Shown here: positions 13,026 through 25,933 of the stretch, piece by piece | How the letters are laid out: each line of letters opens with the position of its first letter | Position numbering within the stretch: position 1 is the first letter of the stretch | DNA from: Octopus bimaculoides | Lineage: Eukaryota | Reading direction: 5' to 3' | Length of the DNA stretch: 55,492 nt | NCBI RefSeq assembly: GCF_001194135.2 | Contig: NC_068999.1 | Coordinates: forward strand, 33,102,412-33,157,903 | The notes under the pieces: generated by a model | Database searches by the model: none | Told to the model about the DNA's origin: nothing | What the model saw: the letters and a program-made list of their open reading frames with translations, nothing else | Program-made: the position numbers and the translations under genes

Positions 13026-13720
13026 GGCAGCAAGCTGGCAGAATCATTAGCCTGCCGGGTGAAATGCTTGGCAGCATTTTGTCCGTCTTCACATTCTAAG
13101 TTCTAATTCTGCCGAAATCAACTTTGCCTTTCATCCTTTCGGGGTCAATAAAAATAAGAACCAATTGAACACTAGGGTTGATGTAATCGGCCCACCTCTT
13201 TCCCCAAAATTGCTGGCCTTGTGCCAAATTTTGAAACCATTATGATTATTATTATCATTATTATTTAGGCAGTGAGCTGGCAAAAACAATAGTGCACTGG
13301 GCATTTTACTTTGTGGCATTTTGTCTGCCTTTACGTTCTGAGTTCAAATTCCACCAAGGTTGACTTTACTGTTCAACCTTTCAGCATCGATTAAGAAAGT
13401 ATCAGTTGAGCATGGGTCAATGTACTTGACTTACCCACCTTCTGAACTTGCTGGCTTCATGCCTAAATTTCAAACCACTATTAACATTATTGAGGCAGCG
13501 AGCTGACAGAATTGATTGCACACCAGGCAAAATGCTTTGTGGCATTTGGTCTGTCTTTACGTTCTGTGTTCAAATTGCACCAAGGTTGACTTTGCCTTTC
13601 ATCCTTTCTGCGTTGATAAAATAAGTATCAGTTGAACTCCGAGGTCGATGTGATCGACTTATTCTATCCCTGAAATTGCTGACCTTGTGCCCATAGTAGA
13701 AAGGATTATTATTATTATTT
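13026..13720 (+). mobile_element. Three head-to-tail family B SINEs separated by ATT-rich tails
   Basis: Heads at about 13026, 13268 and 13494, each followed by the same body and an ATT-rich tail. Confidence 0.85.
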
Positions 13721-14382
13721 AGTTACTTTCAATTCAGACAATTTCATTTTCAATGACAAAATAATGGAAACAACATGACTGTAATAACTTCTTATACCAA
13801 CTCCAACAAAATTTTCAAGTTAAACATTAGAAGTTATTGGAGAAGGATGGTAGAGTTTCAGATAAGAAAGCTATATGGTGTTCAGTTATGTCCCTTTTTC
13901 GTTTTTTAATTCAGATCCAGTAAAGGTCAACTTGGCCTTTCATCTTGCTAGATTCAGCCACTTAAATACACAGGTCAATTTAATTGGCACCTTGGGCAAG
14001 TGCATTCTAAGATAGCCTTGGCCCAACCAATGTTGCAAGTGAAATTGGTGGATGGAAACTATACAGAAGCCCATCAAATGTGTTAGTATGGATGTTTATT
14101 TTCAGTTTTCTTTTGAAATCTCTGGAATAATGATGTCATGTTTATATCTTTGTAAACAATACATCATGTGACTCTGGTTTCAAAATGTGAAGCCCATTGG
14201 AAAAAAGTACCTTACTTCAAAAGCAGATAAGAGTTAGCAACAGGAAGGGCATCCAGTTGTAGGAAGTCTTGTCCAATCCATGCCAGTTTTGAAAAAGGTG
14301 ACTTCAAAATGCTGATTGTTAAGATGATGGTGTGGCAGTAGATACCAGAGAAATGCTTAACATTATTTAGTTATAACTTTAA

Positions 14383-14660
14383 GGCAGCAATCTGGCAGAA
14401 TCGTTAGCATGCTGGATAAAATGCTTTGCAGCATTTCATTCTGAGTTCAAATTCTGCTGAGGTTGACTTTGCCTTTTGTCCTTTTGAGGTCAAAAAAATA
14501 AATACCAGTCAAGAACTGGGGTTGATGTAATCAACTTACTCCCTCCACAAAAATTGCTGGCCTTATGCCAAAATTTGAAACCATTATTTAGCTATAACTT
14601 CTAACTTTCTAAGTTCAAATCCTGCCAAGGTAGACTTTGCCTTTCAGCCTTCTGAGGCTG
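14383..14660 (+). mobile_element. SINE family B plus a second partial copy
   Basis: GGCAGCAATCTGGCAGAATCGTTAGC head; partial repeat from about 14608. Confidence 0.75.
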
Positions 14661-16013
14661 ATGAAATTTATATATTGAGGTAAATACCACACCATTATAA
14701 ATTTGTGCAATGTTATAAATTATTGTCACATTGACTGAGAAACCCGAATACTGCTCTAAGTAACAACTTCAGATTAATTTAATCATATTCAGTTTCCTCT
14801 CACTATGGTTGTGGGAAATCAAGATTTTTATTTGTATTGCTTATGTCATTTAATACTTTCAGATAAGGCATGAACCTCACACATTCCCAGTTCCCCTGTC
14901 CTATTAAATTGAAAGTATTTTTGTGGTCTGTGTAGGAAATCCTCATAATTGTTGTGGTGGTGAAAAGCTGGTCAGATTTTAAGAAGCAAAGTCAGTAATC
15001 CAAGTTAAAGTCATTGACAAAGCAGTAACCCTAGATCTCTGAAAAGCAATGAATATTGCTTCTCATAACTCGAGAACTTGAAGAATTTCAAACGATTATG
15101 AGTTTCCACAAACAATTATGTATGAAAGAAACCATTATTATTCTTATTAAATGCAGTGAATAGCAGAATTGAGAATGTTAGACAAAATGCCTTGCAATAT
15201 TTAGGGGTCAAATTTGCCTTTCATTTTTCTGGGGGTTGATAAAATAAGTACCATTGAAGTACTGGCAGTTGGTTTAATCTGTTATTATACCCTTCACCTA
15301 CAAACTTCTGGCCCTGCACCAGAGTTAGAAATCATTCCCCTTCATCCAGTGGCAAATAAAACAAATCATTACCCTGATTACTATTATTATTATTATCATT
15401 ATCTATTATTATAATTATTGATCTTTCCATGAGAATATTAACTTACCTCAAGGTAATATTTACACTTTTGAAAAATCCCCTAATCTTCATTCTATTACTC
15501 TTTATCTATCTATCAACCTATCACTCAATATCTATTTATCTATCTATCAGTCTATCTACCTATCTTTCTCACTCACTTTCCCATTATTTTGGCCATTAAA
15601 CACCATCTATTTATTGATTCTTCATCCCTTTCTATCATTTTTCTCTTCTTTTACTCCTATTTTGGCCACCTTTCATACTTTTTATATATTAATACTTATA
15701 AATGCTCACACACACATACACACTTAAATACATATAAAAGTTTATTATATTTAAAGATAAACAAGATTATATATCCAGACTGAAATGTTTTGTACAATCA
15801 ACCGTATGGTCGATTATGTTGAGAATTAAAAATCCACAGATGAATTGTCAGCTATATCAATTGGACAAAACATTTAAGTCCAAATATATAAACCCTGTTT
15901 ACATTACAAATATATACATATATATATATATATATATATGACATTCTACACACTTCTAACACAAGGGTGTATTGTAAAGTATTTTGTTTTTGTACCACAA
16001 AACAAACAAAAGC

Positions 16014-16076
<63 letters not shown>

Positions 16077-16807
16077 TATAAAACAAAAAAAGTTGCTTTT
16101 TCTTTTTTTTCTTTTCCAGTCTATTTCATCCTTTTGTAAAAATATAAACAAAACAAAAAAATTGTTGCACAACGATAAATACTTCTGAAATATTGAAAGA
16201 GAAAAGAATGAACTTTATTTAAAAAAAACAACAATTATAGAAGGAAAAAAAATGTCCTTCAAATTTTTAATTTTTTGTAAACTGTTTTTGGGTGCATTGT
16301 TTGTTCTTGTTATCTAACTGAAGCTGTCTCACCTCTCTCTCTCTCTGTCTTTCACTTTCTCTCTCTCCCTCTCTCTCTGTTTGATGTTTCTATCTTGTGT
16401 CTTTGTCTATAAATATGTGTTTGTGACTGAACGAGAGAGGTGTTTCCCTTGTCTACCCCCCTTCCTTCACCCCTACCGCCACCTTAGGGAAAACAAGGAC
16501 CAATGTTTTAATGCTGATATTAGTTACTAGAGTTGGTTTAAGATGGCCACCATAAATGTTAAGGTGAAAATATGTTGAAGTCCATGGCACCTGTTTAGAG
16601 TGTGAGCATACAACTATAGAGCTGTGTGTATGTGTATGCGCATGTTCCCATTTTCTTCACCCATTCTGTTATACATTTTAGACTGGATTCACCAAAACTG
16701 TTACAATAAATGAACGGAAGTATTAATAGGAATGTTGGTTTAAAAAAACATGAGAATGGAATAAATTAATTTTGGTTTAACAGAATAGGACTGGCAGAGA
16801 ATAGCCA

Positions 16808-17000
16808 CTTGATGGAAGAACAGTTTGGCCATCAGTAGCTGGTATGGAAGAACAGTCTAGCAGTATGCATCTGATATGAAATAACAGTTTAAAGTATGTA
16901 AAGATGGTATGGAATAACTGGTATAAGTTTAAATGTATGTAGAAGTGGTATGGAATAATGGTTTAAATGTGCGTAGAGGTGGTATGGACTATCAGTTTAA
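16808..17000. repeat. Degenerate minisatellite, 32-41 bp period
   Basis: GGTATGGA-like anchors at 16841, 16873, 16906, 16947 and 16981. Confidence 0.7.
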
Positions 17001-17306
17001 TATAATAGTATACAGAGTCATTAGACTATTAATGATGTACATCTGGTTTTATAGAGCGGTATACCATGAAGGTTTATTTCTAGCCATCAAATGAAAATTT
17101 AAAAGATCTTTTGAAATGAAAGATAGAGATACTTATTCTCCTTCCCTACTCTGCTCAATTTTCATCTTGCTAGATTTTATTTTATCTTTGCCTAATCTAC
17201 AGATTTATATAATCCTCTTCCCAATTATATGTAATCCTACATACACCCATGTGTGTGTGTGTGTATGCATGCGCGCATGTGTGTGTGCATATATGTATAT
17301 ACACAT

Positions 17307-17377
17307 ATATATTTGCACAAATGTGTACAGGCATGACATGTGTATGTATAGAAACATAAATGTATATGTGTATATAT

Positions 17378-17417
<40 letters not shown>

Positions 17418-17464
17418 TTCTATACATACACATGTCATGCCTGCACATATGTGCAAATATATAT
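17307..17464. repeat. Inverted repeat with about 47-bp arms around a (CA)n loop
   Basis: 17307-17354 is the reverse complement of 17417-17464 apart from one mismatch and a 2-nt indel. Confidence 0.85.
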
Positions 17465-17495
17465 ACACACACATATATATGTGTGTTTATGTGTG

Positions 17496-17540
<45 letters not shown>

Positions 17541-17959
17541 CAACCGCATCCATAACTATATTTAAGAAGAAGGAAAAATGAGAAAGAAATAAAATCCCTG
17601 GTTTGCTTTCTTCTACAACTTCTTACGTGGTGCAACAGAACTTCACACCTGGTGATAGAGAAAGAGAGCGAGAGAGAGAGAGAAAGAGAGACATGTTGCA
17701 ATCTCTCTTCTGTCATCTTCTCCTCTTGAAATGCCGAAAGTTCCCAAAATTCGGCATTTACATCTGCCGTAGTAAATTGCTTCGTAGGTCGATTTTACTC
17801 TTCTTAATCATCTTTTTTTTGTCTTCGTTTTTATCTTTATCAGTGAAAGTGAAATTATATAAAATAAAAATTTAAAAAAATAAAAATTTACTAAAAAATA
17901 TTAAAAATAATTATATTGATAATAATAATATTATAATAATTATAATTAATAATAATAAT

Positions 17960-17992
<33 letters not shown>

Positions 17993-20400
17993 GCCTTACT
18001 AGTGGAGATGAAAGGAGTGGATGCTTTAATTATTTTATTAACTATTTTATTTATTTATTTAATTATTTCTTCTTTACTTTAGTACGTTTAGAAAATGGTC
18101 AGTTACCGAATGGAAGCCTTTAAAAAAAATGTATTTATTAATTTGGTGAAGTGCTGAAGTTCCAAATTACTGATCTCTTCTGTAAATGGGTCTTTGAAAA
18201 ACATTTAGTAGAATGTTAGATGTTAGCTACTGATCTTACTCATGCATGCTTGTATGTATGCACTCATTTTCTCACACACAGATACATACATATATATACA
18301 TACATACACACACACACTTACACAGACATGCGTGCATATCTATGTATGTATATGTATGTGCAGGTATATGTATGTATAATGTGTGTAGGTATATATGTTT
18401 ATGTAATGCTTATGCACATCCACAAAACTACAATCTTGGAAGCAAGAATAATATTATTAAGAACTCTACAAAAATGACGTATTTTCCTAATCTTCATGGA
18501 ACATTTCCAACTGTCCAAGCTTTATATAAACAATGGGTTTCATTTCTAATCAATTCTGCAACAAATATTGTAATGATAAGCGAAGCGTAACAAACTTTTC
18601 AAATTGTTGTTATTCCCATGGTTGAGTCATCTTCGGGCTAATATGTTGCCTTTGTATACAGAAAAACCAACATGTACATGATTTAAAAAGGAAGAAAAAG
18701 AAATAAAAACAATGATAAGAAGAAAAAGAATCATCTTTTTTTTAATAAGGTATTTGCTGTATTTTGTTTCATCTGTTGCATGTTTGGAAGAATTTTGAAG
18801 ATTATTGTGTTGGCGATGAGCCATGTTTTAGATTTTGAAAAATATTTAAGAAATTGTTCTAATGTATTGAACTATCTTTCTTCTCTACCTGTGTGTGTGT
18901 GTGTGCGCATGTGTGTGTGTGTGAAAGTGCACATAAAGGTGTGCAAGTGTTCATGCATGCCTGCATGCATTGGATGTTCTTGTTGTGATTCTTGTTATAT
19001 TGAATCCATTGTAAACTTCTTCCGTGTAACAAATTCTTTGGATTAAGAATATCTTTAATGTTCTGTCCAAGTTAGCTAAACCTAAATCTCCAGATTTGAT
19101 TTGAAGTGGGTATTATGAAAGATATTTTCTTCTTACTGAAGTTATATCGAAGGCGCTAACCATAAACATGGAAATTTAAGAAGCAGAAATTGTGATGTTG
19201 CTAAGTATTTGTGTGTGTTTCTGTAACAGAGAAATGCAGCTCTGTGTAAAAGTCTGTGGAGATGAAGCAAGACTAATTACAGGAAGTGTTGCCATAGCAA
19301 TGACAAAAGAGTCTTTCCTCTATTTGTAGGAAACATGATATTTTATAAGAGATCCCAAAACCAAATCCATATACCATAAAAACCAATGAGTAAGCTTCTA
19401 TGAAACCACTTAATCTGCTAGAAATAGCAGCCAAATCTCCTTCAAATCATACCTTCTTATCTTAAAATTGGAAAGTTACATTGAAAGATATTCTTGATAT
19501 ACATAAGACAGAATGTTCATTGCTGGAAGATCTCTAATCATAGGATTAAGCTTGACTGGGGTTATTCAACTAGTTAACAAGGATCTAATCACACACAGTA
19601 CTATATTTTATGAAGTTACTAGCCTTCCATAAATAGGAATCTGCAGTGAAAGCTGATTGGCTAATATTGAATATATATCAACATTACGGATTGGAAATGG
19701 AAGCAATAACAACAACCAATAAATAAAATTTATTTTCTAAATTACTCTAAATTCCCGATTATTTTGAAAATTAATATTCATAACCATTCTACTTTTGATA
19801 CAAATTTGTTGACAAACAGAAGCAGTTTACTGATGGTTATAAGACAGATCATTGCTTTATTTATAACATTTAGCTTGGAGGCATTATTTTAATTCATAAA
19901 TAAGTGAAGACTTCACCAAATACCAGAAAAAAATATTCCCTTTTTCATTTAAAATTCTATCAACTGGTTTTTAGCTAACACAGATCATTACTAGTTTCTT
20001 CAGTCTAGTTTTTGTTATTGAGATAATATAAGTTCATGAAATCCTGAACGAATTGTGAGGAGGATATGAATATCTCGTAACTGATTCAATGAGTACTGGA
20101 GTTTGCCCTCAGGTCAGCTTTGTCTTTTTAAAACTACGACCATCTCATCCTTGTGTCACACATTGCATATTTATCATCAAAGATGTCCCTTTCTTTTCAA
20201 GACATTAGGGTGTAAATTGAGGAAGATTTGATTGAGTTTCTAGTACACCAAGTGATCATACAGAGAGTCCCTTGTTGGTTCAACACGTTCCTTGATTTAC
20301 TGAGAAATATATTCATAGTCATATGAGGTGAGGAAATAACAATTAATGTACTTTGCAGATAAGATTTCACAAAGAATCAATTTCATATATATATATATAT

Positions 20401-20530
20401 GTAGAAACTCTGCCAAATTAGATTGGAGCCTGGTGTTGCCATCCGGTTTCACCAGTCCTCAGTCAAATCGTCCAACCCATGCTAGCATGGAAAGCGGACG
20501 TTAAACGATGATGATGATGATGATGATGAT
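20401..20530 (+). mobile_element. Short RTE 3' tail insertion with (GAT)n, inside (TA)n
   Basis: GTAGAAACTCTGCC...CCCATGCTAGCATGGAAAGCGGACGTTAAACGATGATG, flanked by ATATAT on both sides. Confidence 0.85.
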
Positions 20531-20639
20531 ATATATAAAGCAATTAGATATGTGGTATACATTTATAAAGTAATTACTGATATATATGTCTATAAGATGA
20601 CTACAGATATAATGTTCATAAAGTAATTATAGATATGAT

Positions 20640-21092
20640 ATGATAAAGATGTTGGGCATATGAGGAATTATATGCAGTGTGCAAGAGAGGAGACTGCACT
20701 GTTTTGGTCATGGATGAAGATAGTTGCATAAAGAAGTAACAATCACTTAAAGTGGAGAGAAGTTGTGGAAGGCCCAGGAAGATATGAAATGAAGTATTGA
20801 AGGCTGCTCTCAAAACAGTGAGCTTTACAAAGGAGATGACAGAGGATTGGGATATGTGATGCATTGCTGTACTCAAGAAGTTGAAATCTGAAAACCAAGG
20901 TGCCACATGAAAAGCACCCTGTACACTCTGTAAAGTGGTTGGTGTTAGGAAGGGCATCCAGCTGTAAAAACGAAGCCAAAACAGACTATGGAACCTGGTA
21001 CAACCCCTGGACAGTTAGTTCCTGTCAAGCTATCCAACCCATACTAGAATGGAAAACAGACAGTAAATGTTGTTGATTATGATGATGATGAT
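20640..21092 (+). mobile_element. Degraded RTE-type LINE 3' end (RT C-terminus plus tail)
   Basis: Decayed VQERRLHCFGH...CGRPRK motifs, then the AGGAAGGGCATCCAGC tail and (GAT)n. Confidence 0.75.
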
Positions 21093-21418
21093 GAAATCAA
21101 ATATAGAAATGATTCAAATGAAGCATCAAGCTAACAAAACCATCATGTTGATAAATTTGAGTAGCAAATAAACTAAAGTAGCTTTGATGAATATTTCTAA
21201 AAATGTTAAATTTGAAAATTCATCTTTTATACAGAAAGCATCCATTACTATGTGGTAAGGGTGAGCCAAGAAGGTGGAGGGGGCATTAAAAGTGATACAA
21301 AATTGAAATACATGATATTATGTCAAAGCTATATTAACATGATATAAGGATGATTCAATTACATATCAAAAAATATCAAACAGGGCTTCATTCCTTACTT
21401 AAATATAAATTTATTCAT

Positions 21419-21797
21419 GGCACTCCATCGGTTACGACAACGAGGGTTCCAGTTGATCTGATCAATGGAAGAGCCAGCTCATGAAATTAATGTGCAAATG
21501 GCTGAGCATTCCACAGACACATGTACCCGTAATGTAGTTCTCAGGGAGATTCAGAATGACACAGAGTGTGACAATGCTGGCCCTTTTAAATACAGGTACA
21601 ACAGAAACAGGAAGGAAAAGTGAGAGAAAGTTGTGGTGAAAGAGTACAGCAGGGTTCGCCACCACCCCCTGCCAGAGCCTCATGGAGCTTTAGGTGTTTT
21701 CACTCAATAATCACTCTCAGCGCCCAGTCTGGGAATCAAAACCGCAATCTTACGACCATGAGTCCACTGCCCTAACCACTGGGCTATTGTACCTCCA
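21419..21797 (-). mobile_element. tRNA-derived SINE, family D
   Basis: Reverse complement ends ...GGAACCCTCGTTGTCGTAACCGATGGAGTGCC; tRNA-like head at the high-coordinate end; homologous to 37635-37935 and 50835-51145. Confidence 0.8.
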
Positions 21798-21822
21798 AAC
21801 AAATTTATAATGAATGTGTGAA

Positions 21823-22112
21823 GGCATGTGGCCTAGTAGTTAGGGTATTGTATTCACAAACACTAGATCATGGGTTTGATCCCTGGATCAGGCAGCACAT
21901 CATGTCCTTAAGCAAAACACTTCATTTCACATTACTCCTGTCCACTCAGTTGTAAATGAATAACCCTGCAATGAACTAACCTTCCGATCAGGGGTAAACA
22001 TCAGTCTGCTCATCAAGCCAGCAGGGTGGCTCCATTCAAAAGCTAAAACAATCCAAAGCACATTGTGACCAGCAATGTATAACAACATCCAACAGTCTGG
22101 CCAATACCATGA
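21823..22112 (+). mobile_element. tRNA-derived SINE, family D-related, diverging from the previous copy
   Basis: A-box-like TGGCCTAGTAGTTAG, B-box-like GGTTTGATCCC, then CCTTAAGCAAAACACTT...CCACTCAG central block. Confidence 0.7.
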
Positions 22113-23039
22113 TAACGAATGTAAAGGAAATTATAAAATCATGTTTTTCTTGAAGCAACAGATTGAACATAAGGCCAGCAATAGCAAATTTACACTTGAC
22201 TCACAAACAAGACATCACAGTTATTTTGAGATGAGAGCTGAAACGTAAACAAACAACTATAATGTAATGTGGTTCAATGAGCTACAGAACAGGTACTGTG
22301 CAATGGTTTCTTCTAAAACATATCATATTACCATGTGCTTCTGTATAAGTTACACACAAGTTGCTTGAATATATTCCTTCAGTATCACTGTTAAACCCAC
22401 AATATGATGATTGATGAGCAGGCAGGAAGAAAGAAGATCTGGGTCTGTGTCCAACAGCTCCTCACCAACAAAGTTGTCCTGAACCCTTTAACACTCCGAT
22501 TATTCTGTCAAATATAATGCTTATTTATTTACGTTTTTTTTTTAAATTAATCATATATTATCTTATAGCTTAGAGATTTCAAAGAGCTGATTGTTTATTT
22601 TTAGAATGACAATAGAAGGTAGGTGTGAGATGCTGAATCTGGCCAGTTTGAGCATAAAGCAGGTAGAATATCTGGGCTGGATATGACTGGTTTAAATGTC
22701 AAAGGATTAAGGAAATGGCTAAACTTTAAGATGTGTTGTCTCTGTCCTTCATTCATGGAAGTTAGGGTCACTATATCTTGCCAAGGTTCCAACTGCTGTA
22801 GTTAATGCTATTAGGAGACTGACAATATCATGGTCCATAGAACTGTTGCTACAACAGGGGAAGCCAAGAAGATGGAGGGGGCATTAAAAGTGGTACAAAA
22901 TTGAAATACATGATATTATGTCCAACCTATATTAACATGATATAAGGATGATTCAATTACATATCTAAAACAATTGGGCTATCCATAGAAATTTTTCAGG
23001 TTGACTGTTTATCTGTAATGTTTTTCATTTTGGCAGTGA

Positions 23040-23990
23040 AAACTCCTTGTCAGCCCTGTTAGAGAAATACAAAGGCTACAGGATAAGATCTTTTGGGGAG
23101 AGAAAAATTCTTGTTTTCACTTTTTTTGTTGGTGACCTTAACCTTTACTTGAGTAATATTCAGAACACCAAGAGACAATTGGTTGCAGTGTTCTCACAAG
23201 ACATAGGAATGGAATTTAGCCAGGATATGTGTTCATACTTGGTTGTCAAATGAGGAAAGATTGTTGAACAGACAAGAAATTTGGCTATTGTTAGCCTGTC
23301 TTCTTTATCTCCAGTGGTGAATTTTGCAAATATATCAGAAATGATGGGAACATTGCATACATTGGTACTGTGGGTAAAGCTAGAGTGACAAAAGAATACT
23401 TAAGCTGACTGGGCAAGATACAGAAGTCAGGGCTGTCTGAATTCAATAGAACTATATCTCACAATGCTTTTGTAATGCCAGTACTAGTACCCACATCTGA
23501 GATACTAGACTGGACACTTGAAGACATCAGGACTAAGATAAATAGCAATGACTGGTAATTCAACAGTGACAGGACCTAGGTTGATTGGTTGGTTGGTTGG
23601 TTGGTCGGTCGGTTGGTTGGTTGGTCGGTCGGTTGGTTGGTTGGTTAGTTGGTTGGTTGGTTGGTTGGTTGGTCGGATGGTTGGTTGGTTGGTTGGTTGG
23701 AGAGATGGACAGACAGTCTTTGAGTGCTGCATCATAGCACTTAGACAAAACTTGCTGAAAAGAAAGGCTATGCATTTGCTGTCCATGTACAAGTGATAGT
23801 TACTAAATATTTATTTGATCAAGAAAGATAAAGGTGACTCTAGGCTTTCACATTGCAATAGAAAATGTTGATTGTACCATACAATATCTGTATGAGAAAT
23901 GACATTGTTGCATACACTATCTAAAGATTGTTCTGATGGCCATACCAAAAACACACGAGGACCAGAATGTTTAAAAATAAAGAACACTGG
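23040..23990 (+). mobile_element. Highly decayed R4/Dong-like non-LTR retrotransposon fragment, split by (GGTT)n
   Basis: Relic motifs FFVGDLNLY (ancestral FxDDLKLY), FSQDIGMEF, HNAFVMPVL..EILDWT, then [17 protein letters not shown] and MRNDIVA (zinc knuckle/RHD relic). Confidence 0.65.
23579..23700. repeat. (GGTT)n microsatellite with GGTC variants
   Basis: Directly visible. Confidence 0.95.
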
Positions 23991-24651
23991 TGGAACATTC
24001 CAATAAAAGAGCAACACTGTGTCAGCACAATAAGTCAGACATCATGACATGGGAAATGGAGCGAAACTCTTGTACTGTTGTAGAGATAAACTATTTTGAC
24101 AAAAATTGGAGAAAAGGAGTAAATCTATGGAGAGTTAATGAGAAGCTTTCAGCTTGTTTTATTTAAGGCCACAAATTTTCATTTGTATCTATTATGATAG
24201 GTGCACAGGGTTATGTAACAACAGATTTGCACAAAAGTCTCTAGGATTTCCCAAAAAGAACAAAGGAAACTAATTCACATTCTCCAAATACAGTTGCTTA
24301 AGGGTAAAGTTAGAATCTGTAAAATGTTCCTGGGATTCTCCATTTAAGGTTCCTGGGTTGAACACCAAAAACAGTCACTTGTACAATGCAAAATACACAC
24401 ACACACACATAAGCAGTAATGAAGTACATACACTTATGTACTAAATTGACATACACACTCACTACATGAGCACAAGTTTATACATATACACATGCGTTAT
24501 CATACATATAAGAATACAACAACCAGTGGTCTTCTCATAAACAAAAGAGTTTTGTCACTGTGTTGTTAGTGACCAGCCTGAATTTGGCAAAGATAAAGTT
24601 AATTTCACCAAAATTTGCATACACACATAAACATACATACGCATACATATA

Positions 24652-25933
24652 TATCAGGTTAAGTAAAAAGTAAACAACGTTTTGAACCATGAAGAATTTG
24701 TACCAGATTCTTGCAGAGTTTTGAATTTTTTTAACATATTTTTGCAATTGTCTGATAATACAGACATAAACTTGCCCAGCAGCATCAATAAATTAAAATT
24801 GATATTATTTTCACCATTGTTATAATAATCTGAAATGAAATTGTCAAAGCGCAATATTTGAGCAATTTTGCTATTCAACTTCAAAAGAAGGACATAAAGC
24901 AGCTGAAACTGCTTGCAATATCAATGAAATGTTTGGTGAGGAAATGACCAGTGGGTGTTCAGCTCAAAAATGGTTTAAATGATTTTACAGTGGAGATCTG
25001 AGCCTTAAAGATTCTGAGTAAAGTGGATGCTCATCTGTCATCGATGACGGTCAATTAAAGACCGTCATTGAGAAAGATCCACATAAAACCACTCAAGAAC
25101 TGGCAAAAATCTTCAGGTTAGCCAGAAAACTGCCTGCAACCATTTGCGTGCAATTGAAAAATCAAAAAATCTCAACAAATGGGTACCATACGATTTGAAT
25201 GAAAATCAGAAAATGCACAGATATGAAATTTGCTTGTCACTTCTTCTCTGTAACCAGGCTGATCCATTTTCAACTGTATTGTAACTTGCAATGGAAAGTG
25301 GATTCTGTGCAATAATAAAAAAACATCCTTTGCAGTGATTGGACCAAAATGGAGCACTGAAAACCTTCCCTAAACCTGAGCCCTTCAAAAAGAAGGTTAT
25401 GGTGACTGTTTGGCGGTGTACTGTTGGACTCATCCACTAAAACTTCTTAAAACCCAGATAAACCATTACTGAAGAAACCTATTGCCATGAAATTGCCAAA
25501 ATGAACAAAAAACTGCTACTCCTCCTTCCCAGACTGGTTAACAGAAGAGGGCCAATCATTCTTCATAACAATGCTTGCCCACATGTTTCACTAATAATGC
25601 TCCAGAGGTTGATGGATCTTGGCTACAAAGTTCTTCCCCACCCAGCTTATTCCCCAGACCTTTCTCCTACCGACTACCATATTTTCAAGCACCTTGATGG
25701 TTTCCTGCAAAAGAAGGAGTTCAAAAATCAAACCGATGCTGAAAATGCATTCAAAGAGTTCATCAGCTCCAGAACTCCAGATTTTTGTTACCAGAATAAA
25801 CAAACTTGTAACTCATTGACAAAAATGTATTGGTTGTAATGGTACTTAGATAAATAAAATTTCCGCATTGTTAAAATATATTGTGATGAATTTCATGTTT
25901 CAAAACATTGCTTACTTTTCACTCAGACTGACA
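24652..25933 (+). mobile_element. Full-length mariner transposon relic (about 1.28 kb)
   Basis: Ends 24650-24693 and 25892-25935 are reverse complements (36 of 44 match, including the flanking TA dinucleotides); contains a decayed transposase. Confidence 0.92.
24835..25855 (+). pseudogene. Mariner DD34D transposase pseudogene
   Basis: ATG at 24835; motifs WVPYDL, TCNGKW (from TGDEKW), LHNNA (from LHDNA) and HPAYSPDLSPTDYH; several stops and frameshifts. Confidence 0.93.

Larger units (their letters stand above)
21264..22965 (+). repeat. 104-bp direct repeat pair (21264-21367 and 22862-22965)
   Basis: Four mismatches in 104 bp by manual alignment. Confidence 0.9.

Noticed and set aside
13026-13720. 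Regularly spaced repeats that could mimic a CRISPR array
   Set aside because: Units are about 230-bp eukaryotic SINEs without unique spacers; no cas genes.
17785-17850. Minus-strand peptide DKNEDKKKMIKKSKIDLRSNLLRQM*
   Set aside because: Short, weak acceptor, no recognisable family.
18627-18824. Minus ORF with a hydrophobic stretch (MILFLLIIVFISF) resembling a signal anchor
   Set aside because: Explained by the A-rich plus strand; no homology or supporting exons.
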